53,072 nucleotides of DNA. Origin: Chitinophagaceae bacterium (GTDB lineage: Bacteria > Bacteroidota > Bacteroidia > Chitinophagales > Chitinophagaceae). Both the position numbers and the translations under genes were made by a program. Shown piece by piece: positions 37,847-48,569 of the stretch. Under the pieces are notes generated by a model, which was not told the origin of the DNA, made no database searches, and saw only the letters and a program-made list of their open reading frames with translations. The stretch lies in NCBI GenBank assembly GCA_036676725.1, contig JAKFCI010000209.1, positions 1 through 53,072 on the forward strand, written 5' to 3'. How positions within the stretch are numbered: the first letter of the stretch is position 1; every line of letters starts with the position of its first letter.

Positions 37847-40822
37847 TTATTGAATGGATGGATTACTATGATACTCCTGCCATAAACTATCAACAGTTTT
37901 TCCCGTAATCTTTTTCCAGGTTGCATCTGTATACTCATTGGTGCGGGCTGTTTCATCCAGGAGCTTAACAAAATCCTTATTATAATTTTGCGCTATCCAA
38001 ACAAAAAATCTTGCAGTAATTCTATAAGCATTATCATATTTATGTTCCGGTTTTACATCTGGCATGCGCCAATTTGCTTTAAGGTTATTTACCCCTTCAG
38101 TCGCTCTCACATAATCTGCAATTCCCTCAGTTACCCAACCCGGAACTTTATTATTTCCATACCCTTGCACCAGGTGCATCAGTTCGTGTGTAATTACATC
38201 AATATCTTCAGGATTTTTCTTAAACCATTCCGGGTTGAATTTAATAGAACTGTCCCACGCTGCAGCAACACCTCCTTCATAACCACCAACAATAAACGTA
38301 ATTGCTTTGGGACTATTTGCATTGTATTTTGCAATGAGTTTTGGATATTGCTCACTCCAGGTATCTATAAATTTATTTTTATAATCTTTGGAAAATGAAG
38401 CGTCTTCATCAATAAAGTATAAGGTCAACCCATTTTTTACTATTGTATCCGGCTTGTTTTCGTTTTTAAATTGTTGTAAATCGCTAACAGATTTTGATTC
38501 TTTTACCCGGTTATAAACGCCAACATCATCTTTAGAAAAAGAGTAAGGATAATCTTTATCCTTTACAATTCTTGTCTTATTCGGTGCGCCACTCATAGTA
38601 ACATTGAATATTCCACCTTTCAAAATATCTGTATGCGAAAGCCACGTTTTTGTGTACGGTACATTGTTTAATTTCTGCGTAGCAATGTACCTGTTATGAT
38701 CGCTGTTATTTGGCGCATTAATGATAAAGGTTTTTCCTCCATTTAATTTCAAGGTTATCTTTTTAAATAATGGTGCGCCTAGTACATATTGAGTGGTGCC
38801 AGGACAAACAGGGTAAAAACCCATAGCTGAAAATACATACCATGCAGAAGTTTGACCATTGTCTTCATCACCACAATAACCATCTGGCGTACCCTTGTAT
38901 AACCGGTTCATAGCCTCACGTACCCAATATTGTGTTTTCCACGGGGCACCTCCATAATTGTATAAATAAATCATGTGCTGTATTGGCTGGTTGCCATGTG
39001 CATATTGTCCCATACCTGCTATTTGCATTTCCCTTATCTCATGTATTACACCACCGTAGCCACTTTCATCAAAAATTGGAGGCATAGAAAATACCGAGTC
39101 AAGCATTTGTACAAAATGCTTATTACCTCCCATCAATTCTTTCAATCCGGCAATGTCGTGGAAAACACTCCAGCTATAATGCCAACTATTTCCTTCAGTA
39201 AAAGCATCACCCCACTTTAAAGGATTGAATGGTGAGACAAATTTGCCATCCTTTGTTTTAGGACGCATCAGCATACTTTGAGGATCAAAAAGATTGCGGT
39301 AATTCTGAGATCTTTTTGCATATAATTCAATTTCTTCTTTTGGCTTATTTAAAGCTTTGCCCAATTGATAGATGGTAAAATCATCGTAAGCATATTCAAG
39401 CGTTCGTGCAGCATTTTCATTGACCTGAACATCGTAAGGAACATAACCGAGCTTGTTGTAATATTTTACACCTGCACGTCCTACAGCACTAATAGGTCCT
39501 GAGTTATTAGCACCATGTATCAGCGCCTCATAAAGTTTATTAATATCATAGCCACGCAAACCTTTTATATATGCATCTGCAACAACCGAGGCCGAATTAT
39601 TTCCGATCATTATATCGGCATAACCAGGACTACTCCACTCAGGAAGCCATCCTCCTTCTTTATAGTCGTTCAACAATCCTTGCTGCATTTCTTTATTAAT
39701 TTCCGGGTACACCAAATTTAAAAATGGATATAGAGCACGGAATGTATCCCAAAAGCCAGTGCCGGCAAACATGTAACCAGGGTGAATTTCGCCCGTATAT
39801 GGACTCCAATGAACCATCTTGCCTTTTGCATCTATCTCATACATTTTGTTCGGGAATTGCAGTGTGCGATAAAGGCACGAATAAAATGTTCTTGTTTGAT
39901 CGGCGGTACCACCTTCTGCCAAAATTTTATTTAACTGTTTGTTCCAGGAAGCTTTGGCTTTGTTTCGGGTGACATCAAAATCATCTTTTGAAAGTTCTCT
40001 TTTTAAATTAAGATCGGCCTGTTCTATACTAATGAAAGAGGATGCCACTTTAAGATTTACCTGTTCGCCTTTTTTTGTTTTGAAACCAATTATTCCACCT
40101 GCATGTTCGGATATTGTTTCTAAGGAATCTTTTAGCAACGTGTTATCGTGCCAGGCATAGGAAATATCAAAGGCTTTGTCAATATAAATAACAAAATAGT
40201 TTTTAAAGTTTTTCAATGGTCCACGACTATAGCGGGTACTGTATCCGACAATTTTTCTTTCTGAAGGGATAATCTTTACATATGAACCACGATCAAATGC
40301 ATCTACCACAATAAAAGAGCTATCGTTTGCCGGAAAAGTAAAACGGAATTGAGCGGCACGTTCTGTTGGCGTAATTTCCGTTGTCACATCAGCATCTGCC
40401 AAGTAAACACTATAATAGTAAGGTTTAGAAATTTCTGCTTTGTGTGAGAACCAGGAAGCCCGGTCGTTTTCAGCGAATTTTAATTTGCCGGTAACGGGCA
40501 TAATAGAAAACTGGCCATAATCATTCATCCATGGAGAGGGCTGGTGCGTTTGTTTAAAGCCCCTGATTTTATCTGCGGAATAAGTATAAGCCCACCCATC
40601 TCCCATGCTGCCTGTTTGTGGCGTCCAAAAATTCATACCCCATGGTACACAAATGGATGGATAAGTATTGCCGTTTGACAAACTCGGTTTAGAGTCTGTA
40701 CCCATTAAAGGGTTTACCCACTCCACTGGGTCGATAACTTTAAATACTGTTTGTGCATTAACGTTAGCGGCTATGAAAAACAAAACAAAAAGAATGAGCT
40801 TTGAAATGGTCTTCATATTCAA
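37847..40822 (-). CDS. GH92 alpha-mannosidase fused to a C-terminal BSP-type HExxH domain
   Basis: VNPLMGT, WDTFRA, FTEGN.W, HGNQP and GDEDNGQTSAW motifs. Tail reads DVITHELMHLVQ..PGWVTEGIADYVR. Confidence 0.9.
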   Translation of the reverse strand: MNMKTISKLILFVLFFIAANVNAQTVFKVIDPVEWVNPLMGTDSKPSLSNGNTYPSICVPWGMNFWTPQTGSMGDGWAYTYSADKIRGFKQTHQPSPWMNDYGQFSIMPVTGKLKFAENDRASWFSHKAEISKPYYYSVYLADADVTTEITPTERAAQFRFTFPANDSSFIVVDAFDRGSYVKIIPSERKIVGYSTRYSRGPLKNFKNYFVIYIDKAFDISYAWHDNTLLKDSLETISEHAGGIIGFKTKKGEQVNLKVASSFISIEQADLNLKRELSKDDFDVTRNKAKASWNKQLNKILAEGGTADQTRTFYSCLYRTLQFPNKMYEIDAKGKMVHWSPYTGEIHPGYMFAGTGFWDTFRALYPFLNLVYPEINKEMQQGLLNDYKEGGWLPEWSSPGYADIMIGNNSASVVADAYIKGLRGYDINKLYEALIHGANNSGPISAVGRAGVKYYNKLGYVPYDVQVNENAARTLEYAYDDFTIYQLGKALNKPKEEIELYAKRSQNYRNLFDPQSMLMRPKTKDGKFVSPFNPLKWGDAFTEGNSWHYSWSVFHDIAGLKELMGGNKHFVQMLDSVFSMPPIFDESGYGGVIHEIREMQIAGMGQYAHGNQPIQHMIYLYNYGGAPWKTQYWVREAMNRLYKGTPDGYCGDEDNGQTSAWYVFSAMGFYPVCPGTTQYVLGAPLFKKITLKLNGGKTFIINAPNNSDHNRYIATQKLNNVPYTKTWLSHTDILKGGIFNVTMSGAPNKTRIVKDKDYPYSFSKDDVGVYNRVKESKSVSDLQQFKNENKPDTIVKNGLTLYFIDEDASFSKDYKNKFIDTWSEQYPKLIAKYNANSPKAITFIVGGYEGGVAAAWDSSIKFNPEWFKKNPEDIDVITHELMHLVQGYGNNKVPGWVTEGIADYVRATEGVNNLKANWRMPDVKPEHKYDNAYRITARFFVWIAQNYNKDFVKLLDETARTNEYTDATWKKITGKTVDSLWQEYHSNPSIQ

Positions 40823-40866
40823 TTAGATTTATTTATAATTATTAAGTTGTATTCCTGCTTCTGTTA

Positions 40867-42285
40867 TTATGCATTTAATAAATGAGGCTTCTCACGGTAG
40901 GTCTTCCATAGAAATTCTCCAAAAATTGTATTGGCCCATGCAAACCAGGAACGGGTAAAGTTCTTTGGGTCATTTTTGTGAAATGATTCGTGCATGAATC
41001 CGGTATTTGCATGCGTAGACTTAAGAGCCTGGATGCAGGCTTTAATTTCTTTGTCATTAATACTGGTAAGCCCGCGAATAATCAAACTTAACGGCCAAAT
41101 CATATCTTTCCCTACATGCGGACCACCAATACCTTCAGCAGCTGTGCCCTTATAGAAAAAAGGATTGTCTGAAGAAAGCAACATCTTTCTTGTATTGATA
41201 TAAACCGGGTCGGTGGATTTTACAGAACCCAAATAAGGTAGTGATAAAAGACTTGGTACATTCGCATCATCCATTATATTATAACTTCCTGCACCATTAG
41301 TTTCGAAGGCATATACCTTACCCCATTTTTTATGATTTACAGTTGCATGTTGCGCCAAAGCTGACTCCACTTCTTTGGATAATGCAGTTAGCTCTTTCGC
41401 CAAAATTTCATCATGATGAATAGCCCTTATCATGGCGGCTGCCTGCTTTAAGGAGGTTACTGCAAAAAAGTTGGATGGTATTAAGAAAGAAAACAAAGTA
41501 GCATCATCACTAGGCCTAAATGCGGAACAAATAAGTCCGACAGGTTTTACCGGGTATCCATAACCAGCCATAGGTTGCGTATCGGTAGCATTGGGTGTAG
41601 AACGTTGAAAACGATAAGGGCCATCGTTTTCCTTACGTTGCTGTTCCTTAAAAGTTTTCAGGGTTGCAATTATTGCATCTTTCCATTTACCGTCAAAAGG
41701 CGCTTTATCACCAGTTTGCTTCCAATAGGCATAAGCCAAACGAATAGGATAACAAAGAGAATCTATTTCCCATTTTCGTTCGTGTACCCCTGCTTTCATG
41801 TCCGTATAATCAGATTTCCACTCGCCTTGCTTTGCAGCATCATTGTAAAAAGCATTGGCATAAGGATCAAGAAGAATGCAGGAGGTTTGGTGATTGATAA
41901 CACCAGCAACAAGTTGTTGAAGTGCCACATCATTCTTCATAAACTGTAAATAAGGCCAAACCTGTGCGCTGCTATCGCGAAGCCACATAGCATCTATATC
42001 TCCCGTGATCACGTATGTATCAGGACGACCCTCAATTGTTTTATAATAAACGGTAGTATCCAGAGTATTTGGAAAGCAGTTTTCAAACAACCAGCCAAGT
42101 TCTTTGTCTTTTACTTTTGTTGAAAATTCGTTTATAGCTGATTCAACAGCTTTGCTGGTAAAATGACGTTTGCCCGCAGCAACCCTTACCACCGGGAAGT
42201 CCGTCATTGCTGCAAATGAAAATTTATGAAATAACAATCCAGCTCCTGCCAGTCCGGTGTTTCGAAGAAAGGTTTTGCGATCCAT
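40867..42285 (-). CDS. GH125 exo-alpha-1,6-mannosidase with Tat-like leader
   Basis: CFPNTLDTT, TGDIDAMWLRDS, ERKWEIDS, DDANVPSL and FTRSWFAWAN motifs. Start placed at MDRKTFL. Confidence 0.93.
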   Translation of the reverse strand: MDRKTFLRNTGLAGAGLLFHKFSFAAMTDFPVVRVAAGKRHFTSKAVESAINEFSTKVKDKELGWLFENCFPNTLDTTVYYKTIEGRPDTYVITGDIDAMWLRDSSAQVWPYLQFMKNDVALQQLVAGVINHQTSCILLDPYANAFYNDAAKQGEWKSDYTDMKAGVHERKWEIDSLCYPIRLAYAYWKQTGDKAPFDGKWKDAIIATLKTFKEQQRKENDGPYRFQRSTPNATDTQPMAGYGYPVKPVGLICSAFRPSDDATLFSFLIPSNFFAVTSLKQAAAMIRAIHHDEILAKELTALSKEVESALAQHATVNHKKWGKVYAFETNGAGSYNIMDDANVPSLLSLPYLGSVKSTDPVYINTRKMLLSSDNPFFYKGTAAEGIGGPHVGKDMIWPLSLIIRGLTSINDKEIKACIQALKSTHANTGFMHESFHKNDPKNFTRSWFAWANTIFGEFLWKTYREKPHLLNA

Positions 42286-42502
42286 AGATTGCGATATTTT
42301 AAGCCAGTTGCATAATCTGCTTATTGGCGAATTATTTAATTCAATTGCTTCAGCTATTATATGATAGCAAAGAATAGTGGTAAAGATTTTTTTGAAAAAA
42401 TTTCCATCACCACAAACAAATTTTATGGCAATGGAAATTAAATACATGTTAAACGAACCATTAAATCATCAACTTTTAAAGTTCGTCAAACAATTGTCTG
42501 TC

Positions 42503-43450
42503 TTATTCATATTTAATTAAACGCCATTCAGCCATCTGAAAAAGCCAGCTTCCATTATTAGCTGTTAAAAATATGCGGTAATGCGTAAATGCCTGTGCTG
42601 CACCTGGTAATTCGTATCTTTTAGTTTGGAAGCGGTTGTTAAATGATTCACCGGAACGGGTATCAATAACCGTCCAGTTTACACCATCATTTGAACCTTT
42701 TAATGTCCAATCTTTTGGATCACGATCTGATGCATCGTTTGCAGAAGTAAACGTATAAGCACCCACAGCAACTGCAGTAGGAAACTTTACCTGGAACCAG
42801 CCTTCCGAATCAAATCCAAAATACAGGTATTTTGAATTAATGTCATTGTCGGTCAATTTTAATGATCCTTCGCCATCCGAAGGTCCACCAGGATTTTCAT
42901 TACTTACAGTTAAAACTCCTTGTCCTGTTATGTCAACAGACTTACGTAAGATGGTATCGAAACGAAAATAAGTAGTTTGTAAATCTGGCGATATAATGCC
43001 ATTGGTTGAATTGGTAAGCGTGATAGGCAATATATACCTGGTACCAAAACTAACCCTACTAGATGCAACAGATAAGGTCAAAGGATTGGAAGATGTGCGA
43101 CCCGAAGGTATTACGGAATTTAAGCCAGAGATGGTATATACGCTATCAGGAAGAAGTGTGTAGTTAGTACCATTTGCGCTGTTGTAGGCTGCAACAAGTG
43201 CAGGATCGATTTTAAAGCTTACTTCATTTTCTTTGTCAGAATAATTTAAACCACCGTATGCAGCACCAAAAGATATATCTTGAGGTTTAGTTGACAATTG
43301 CAAATCAATTTTTGCCCTGGTGCCAACTGCTTGCGGCATGTATACTGAACCTTCGTTTGTAAGCTCTAAAGATTTTGGTTTATTACAACACAAAAGCAAG
43401 CCACTTAACAGAAAGGCTACAGCTACTTGAAGAACAGGATTTTTTTCCAT
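42503..43450 (-). CDS. Surface glycan-binding lipoprotein (DUF1735-like plus discoidin/F5-8-like domain)
   Basis: Lipobox Cys, AYN..NGT.Y..LP and TSANDA..RDPK.W...GSNDG..W motifs. Confidence 0.8.
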   Translation of the reverse strand: MEKNPVLQVAVAFLLSGLLLCCNKPKSLELTNEGSVYMPQAVGTRAKIDLQLSTKPQDISFGAAYGGLNYSDKENEVSFKIDPALVAAYNSANGTNYTLLPDSVYTISGLNSVIPSGRTSSNPLTLSVASSRVSFGTRYILPITLTNSTNGIISPDLQTTYFRFDTILRKSVDITGQGVLTVSNENPGGPSDGEGSLKLTDNDINSKYLYFGFDSEGWFQVKFPTAVAVGAYTFTSANDASDRDPKDWTLKGSNDGVNWTVIDTRSGESFNNRFQTKRYELPGAAQAFTHYRIFLTANNGSWLFQMAEWRLIKYE

Positions 43451-43486
43451 TGTAGTATGTATAGTGAATTGAAAAATTTATTTAGA

Positions 43487-45289
43487 TTACCAACCAGTAT
43501 TTTGTTTAATCATTGGATTGCGCAATACCTCGTTAGCAGGAATAGGAAACAAATAATCTCTTTTTTTGAATACGCGGTTTTCTAATACAATTTTTTTGTA
43601 AAAATCATCACCGTCTTTCGTCATATCCATTCCATAAAATAGACCAGCATCCGTTTGTTCAGCTATTTTCCAGCGGCGGGTATCAAAATAACGAACGCTT
43701 TCAAAAGCTAATTCCACCCTTCTCTCATTACGGATAACTGTGCGCATTTCGGCCTGATCTGCAGGCACAGGTAATGCATTTGCTCCAGTTCCATACTGGG
43801 GCACGCCTGCTCTTTCACGAATCATGTTCAGGTATTTGAGAATATCCGGATCGGTAGGAGCTGATTCATTTAAAGCTTCGGCATAATTCAAATAAATTTC
43901 TGCAAGACGCAAGTAGGGACAACCTCTTAAATCATCATTCGCATATACATTTTTACGAACGATGTAACCAGTTGGCGAGACATCCGACGTACTTCTTGAT
44001 CGGCCTGAATTACCAGAAAACTGCATATTGGTAACTATAGGTTGGCCTGTGTTCTGGTCTTTAAATAACCATACACTGTTTGTATAAGTAATGCCAACAT
44101 AAAAACGAGGTTCCCTGTTCACCCATTGGTTAAAAGTAGATCTTGTAGTAAAATCGAATGGCGCCTGAAAATCAGTAAAGCCGGTTGTTTGATATCCTGA
44201 AGCCGGATTTGTAATGGGCAAACCGTTTGCCATAAAATAGGCGTCTACCTGCGTTTGTGTAGCACCGTTAGCACCTGCACCGTGTTGTTGTCCTGCGGAT
44301 CCATCGTGAAAAGGTGTTCTGTCATAACGTACAAAACTTCCGGAGTTTGAACGTCCAAAAATCCATTCCTTATTCCAGTTGACAAGCATTACGTCCCGGG
44401 TAGCAAGGTAGGCGGCTTTAAAAGGATCCGCATCGCTAACCCGGTAAAGATCAAAAGTTCCCGGAACAAATTCTGTTATGAATTCTTTGTGTGCTGTTGC
44501 AGCTTTGGTCCATTTCGTTACATCGAAAGTTTGGCTGATTAGGTTTGTTCCATCATCATTTTTTAATGAAGCATAATCAGTATTGCCATTAAAAAGTGGA
44601 CTGGCAGCAAGCAATAAAACTTGTGCCTTGTATGCTTTTACTACCCCTTTACTAAACTGACCTGCGAAGGCCGGTGTTGCGGGTAGTTCTGTATAAGCAA
44701 GATCAAATTGATCGGCAACAAATTTTACACATTCGTCAAACGTTGAACGTGAACGTTTAACTTCTTCCGATGAAGCCGCAACAGGAATCAGGTCTTCACC
44801 TAATAATACTACAGGGCCATATATTTTCAACAACTGGTAATAATAAAATGCCCTCAACGCTCTTGCTTCGCCTTTTAACCGCGTTTTTTCAACGGCAGTT
44901 ATTTCGGGTGTAGCACCATCAATGCGCTGAATAAAATCAGTTGCATTCCGAATAGCTTTGTAATAGTTATTCCAATACACACTAACCTGGCCATCGGTAT
45001 TGCTCCAGGCGCTTTTATTCATATTGGTACTGTAATTAAAGTCCCAGTTGTACTTTGCTTCATCCGAAGCACCGATCCAGTTACCTGCATTTTCATTGCC
45101 CTCAAAACGTTGGTTCAATTCATTTGGCAAAGAGGCATAAATATTTCCCAGGTATTTTATAACGTTTGTTCTTGAATTGAACACGTCATCAATGGTTAGA
45201 ATATTATCCGGAACTGTTTCCAGGTATTTTTTACAAGACCCTAATGACATAAGGCCAAACAGTAAAAATATTGAAAGTATTTTTTTCAT
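43487..45289 (-). CDS. susD: SusD/RagB family lipoprotein
   Basis: SCKKYL..P, GEARALRA, RLAEIYLNYAEA, ERRVELAFE and QN.GW motifs. Confidence 0.95.
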   Translation of the reverse strand: MKKILSIFLLFGLMSLGSCKKYLETVPDNILTIDDVFNSRTNVIKYLGNIYASLPNELNQRFEGNENAGNWIGASDEAKYNWDFNYSTNMNKSAWSNTDGQVSVYWNNYYKAIRNATDFIQRIDGATPEITAVEKTRLKGEARALRAFYYYQLLKIYGPVVLLGEDLIPVAASSEEVKRSRSTFDECVKFVADQFDLAYTELPATPAFAGQFSKGVVKAYKAQVLLLAASPLFNGNTDYASLKNDDGTNLISQTFDVTKWTKAATAHKEFITEFVPGTFDLYRVSDADPFKAAYLATRDVMLVNWNKEWIFGRSNSGSFVRYDRTPFHDGSAGQQHGAGANGATQTQVDAYFMANGLPITNPASGYQTTGFTDFQAPFDFTTRSTFNQWVNREPRFYVGITYTNSVWLFKDQNTGQPIVTNMQFSGNSGRSRSTSDVSPTGYIVRKNVYANDDLRGCPYLRLAEIYLNYAEALNESAPTDPDILKYLNMIRERAGVPQYGTGANALPVPADQAEMRTVIRNERRVELAFESVRYFDTRRWKIAEQTDAGLFYGMDMTKDGDDFYKKIVLENRVFKKRDYLFPIPANEVLRNPMIKQNTGW

Positions 45290-45307
45290 TTTGCTGATTT
45301 GATTTTT

Positions 45308-48300
45308 TTAAAGATTGAACTGGATACCCAAAGAAAAATTCCTGGTATTTGGATAAGAGGCACCGTTACCTGTATTCAGCTCAGGGTCCCACAATTTAAA
45401 ATCGCTCCAGTATAATAAATTGAATCCTTGTCCATAAATTTTTGCACTGCTAAAGCCAGCTTTTTTCACCCAAGATTTTGGAAGATTAAATCCTAAATCA
45501 ACAGTCTTCAAACGGATAAAGGAAACATCCTTAACCCACCAAGTACTAGCCACCGCGTTGTTTTTATTTGCAGCATTACCATAAGCAAGTCGTGGGTAAA
45601 AAGCATCAGGGTTTGGGTTAGACTCTGTCCACCGGTTTTCAGCAATCGTTAGAAGATTACTTCTTTCCGGGCCAGTGCTGTTATTAAAAGGAATAATTCC
45701 ATCGCCTCCTAATAATCTGTCTGCACCTGAAATACCCTGGAAGAAAGCGCCTGCATAAAAGTTTTTCCAATTCACATTAAAACCTAAACCATATACCCAA
45801 TTTGGTATATCGCCATTACCAATCCGTTTGATATCAAGATTATTTATTAAACCATCGCTATTTAAATCTTTATACTTTATATCCCCCGCTCTTGGACTGC
45901 CGCCTAAAGGAGACTGGTCTGCAGAATTATCCACTTCTTTCTGGTCTTTAAAAAGTCCTTCAGCAACATAACCATAGGTTGATAATACGTTGTAGCCTGT
46001 TCTTTCTAAGTAAGGGTATGGTTGAACTGGAGCGTCATTTTCAATTAACATATCCCTGTTATAAGTTACCGTACCTCTAAATGACCATGTACTTGCACCA
46101 AACTTAAACCCTTCAGTTTCTAATGTTCCGTCAAATCCCGCATTATTTATAACACCCAGGTCACCAAATGGATTATTATTTAATCCTACATACGATGGTA
46201 AACTTTGTCTTTGAAGAAATACGCCGGTCCTGTGTTCTTTAAAGAAATCTATTGTGGCAGATAATTTAGAATTGAATGTTTTGAATTCAATACCAAAATC
46301 TTGTTTGCGTGATTTTGACCATTGTACTGGTGCGCCATAATCCTGAATACTAACACCGCCATTACTTCCCTGGTTGTTAACGCCATTACCCCAGGTGTAA
46401 CCATTAGCATCATCACTAACAATCGTTAAGTATCCAAAACGGCGACCACCGGCACCAGAGCCAACAAGTCCATCAGAATATCTAAATTTCAAAAACTGTA
46501 ATATGTTAGAAAATTGATCAAAGAATTTTTCATTCGAAACAACCCAGCCTAACCCAATAGAAGGAAAGAAACCAAATCGTTTTTCAGGAGCAAAATTTTC
46601 AGAACCGTTATAACCAAAATTTGCTTCAAGAAAATATTTGTCTTGCCATGAATAAGTTGTCCTTCCTGCATAGCCCTGGCTTCGGAATGGTAAGGAAGCA
46701 GTTAAATCATCTGCGAAAGCATCAACAAATTCCCTTTGATTAAAAAGAAGCAAACCTGTTACGTGGTGATTTTTTCCAAACTGCCGATCATAATTAATTG
46801 CAGCTTCCAAATAGTTCTGCCTGTTACCACCATTATCACGATCATAATTAAGATTATCAGAACCATTAGTAATTACTGGCAATAAATTCACTGACCCGTC
46901 TGCCTTGTAAGGTGTTACGGGATCTATTTTATATGTATTCCTTTGGCGTGTACGCTTTATGGTTTGAGAGTTGAATGCGTCAAAAGAATAAAGCCCATAT
47001 GCTGATAAACCTTGTGTAATCATTCCCAAATCCTGTATGACCTTGGCATTAGAATACAATTGATTATTAGCAGTATTGATAAATCCAGTTTGTGTAATTT
47101 CTTCGTATGGATTTCTTTGGGCATTTGCAGAATTAATACCTGATACCAAATTGCCCGGGTAAATCACCGGGTATAAAATTGGTGTTGTTTGCATTACTTC
47201 CGAAAAGGCCTGTTGTGCATTGTAACCAGGTGTATTTAATTTGCTCATGTTACCCTGGATACCTAATTCAAACTTTGTTGTTTTGGTCCAGTTCATATTT
47301 ACATTGGTGGTCACATTAAATCTTTTAAAACGTGTGTCAGAAGCATATTCCTGAAGGCCATCAGTTTTTAAAAGACTTTGCTCATCATAATAGGACATCG
47401 CAACATAATAGCTCGCAACATCGGACCCGCCCCTTGCGCTGAAATTTGCACGCCTAGTTGCGCCAGTTGGTGCAAAAATGGCTTTCATCCAATCTACATT
47501 AGGGTATAGATAGGGTTGATTTCCTGCAAGTGTTGAATCTATATAAGGTTGTGAATATTCGGGTGAAAGACCAGAAGCTACTTGTGCTTCATTACGTAAA
47601 CGCATGTAAGCTTCAGCACCTGTCAATTCAGGCAGTTTTGTAAATGCAGTTACTCCCTGGTTGTAATTAAACATCAACACAGGCTTGCCCGACCTGCCTC
47701 TTTTAGTATTTATAAGGATAACCCCGTTTGCACCCGCTACACCATAAACGGCAGTAGCCGATGCATCTTTTAATATCGTAAACGATGCAATATCTTCTGC
47801 ATCCAAACCATTTAAATCCCTGCCTTGTACTCCATCAATAATTACTAATGCACCAGATGCATTAGGACCGAATGTGGAGATGCCACGGATCCAAAGATCC
47901 GCAGCATTTTCCCCAGGTAAACCTGTTCGCTGAACACCAACAACACCGGAGATACGTCCAGCAAGTGCCGAACTGATATTTGCAACTGGCTGCTTTATAT
48001 CTTCCAGGTTAACAGTGGACTGGGCGCCCACCAAACTTATTTTTTTTGCTTTACCAAAACCAACCACAACTACCTCCTGCATGTTGCCTTCAGCGGCATC
48101 CATTATAACTTCAAGCTCCAACATGTTCACTTGAATGGTTTGGGTTTTAAAACCAACAGAAGAAAATTGCAATGTACTTTTCTCTGGTATTGTAATTGAA
48201 AATTTGCCTTGAGCGTCTGATACAGTAAGTAAAGCATCATTACCAACAACCTGTATGGTAACACCTTGAAGTGGTGCCCCAAGACGATCACGAACAGTAC

Positions 48301-48466
48301 CAGAAATTCGCACATCAACATTCATCCGCACTTCTGAAAAACGCCTTGTTTCATGTGCGGGTGTTTTGTCTGCGGCAAAAACAGGTAAAAAAGTAATAGA
48401 ACTCAATGTGGTGAAGAGAAAAACAGTCCTCCAAAGCAAGCGGACCCGGGAGTCAATTTTGATCAT
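45308..48466 (-). CDS. susC: SusC/RagA TonB-dependent transporter
   Basis: EVVVVGFG, ILKDASATAVYG..GANGVI and YNGSENF..RFGFFPS motifs. Confidence 0.96.
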   Translation of the reverse strand: MIKIDSRVRLLWRTVFLFTTLSSITFLPVFAADKTPAHETRRFSEVRMNVDVRISGTVRDRLGAPLQGVTIQVVGNDALLTVSDAQGKFSITIPEKSTLQFSSVGFKTQTIQVNMLELEVIMDAAEGNMQEVVVVGFGKAKKISLVGAQSTVNLEDIKQPVANISSALAGRISGVVGVQRTGLPGENAADLWIRGISTFGPNASGALVIIDGVQGRDLNGLDAEDIASFTILKDASATAVYGVAGANGVILINTKRGRSGKPVLMFNYNQGVTAFTKLPELTGAEAYMRLRNEAQVASGLSPEYSQPYIDSTLAGNQPYLYPNVDWMKAIFAPTGATRRANFSARGGSDVASYYVAMSYYDEQSLLKTDGLQEYASDTRFKRFNVTTNVNMNWTKTTKFELGIQGNMSKLNTPGYNAQQAFSEVMQTTPILYPVIYPGNLVSGINSANAQRNPYEEITQTGFINTANNQLYSNAKVIQDLGMITQGLSAYGLYSFDAFNSQTIKRTRQRNTYKIDPVTPYKADGSVNLLPVITNGSDNLNYDRDNGGNRQNYLEAAINYDRQFGKNHHVTGLLLFNQREFVDAFADDLTASLPFRSQGYAGRTTYSWQDKYFLEANFGYNGSENFAPEKRFGFFPSIGLGWVVSNEKFFDQFSNILQFLKFRYSDGLVGSGAGGRRFGYLTIVSDDANGYTWGNGVNNQGSNGGVSIQDYGAPVQWSKSRKQDFGIEFKTFNSKLSATIDFFKEHRTGVFLQRQSLPSYVGLNNNPFGDLGVINNAGFDGTLETEGFKFGASTWSFRGTVTYNRDMLIENDAPVQPYPYLERTGYNVLSTYGYVAEGLFKDQKEVDNSADQSPLGGSPRAGDIKYKDLNSDGLINNLDIKRIGNGDIPNWVYGLGFNVNWKNFYAGAFFQGISGADRLLGGDGIIPFNNSTGPERSNLLTIAENRWTESNPNPDAFYPRLAYGNAANKNNAVASTWWVKDVSFIRLKTVDLGFNLPKSWVKKAGFSSAKIYGQGFNLLYWSDFKLWDPELNTGNGASYPNTRNFSLGIQFNL

Positions 48467-48487
48467 AGCAAGTTTTTAAAAGGTGAG

Positions 48488-48522
48488 TCAAACGTTTGAG
48501 CTAAATGCACAAACGTTTGAGC
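48488..48522. promoter_or_regulatory. Two LacI-type operators upstream of susC
   Basis: TCAAACGTTTGA 48488-48499 and GCACAAACGTTTGAGC 48507-48522; central-CG palindromes. Confidence 0.8.
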
Positions 48523-48569
48523 AAATTAGGCAAAAGAATTAAACTTCCAAAAAAAATAAATATTGATAA

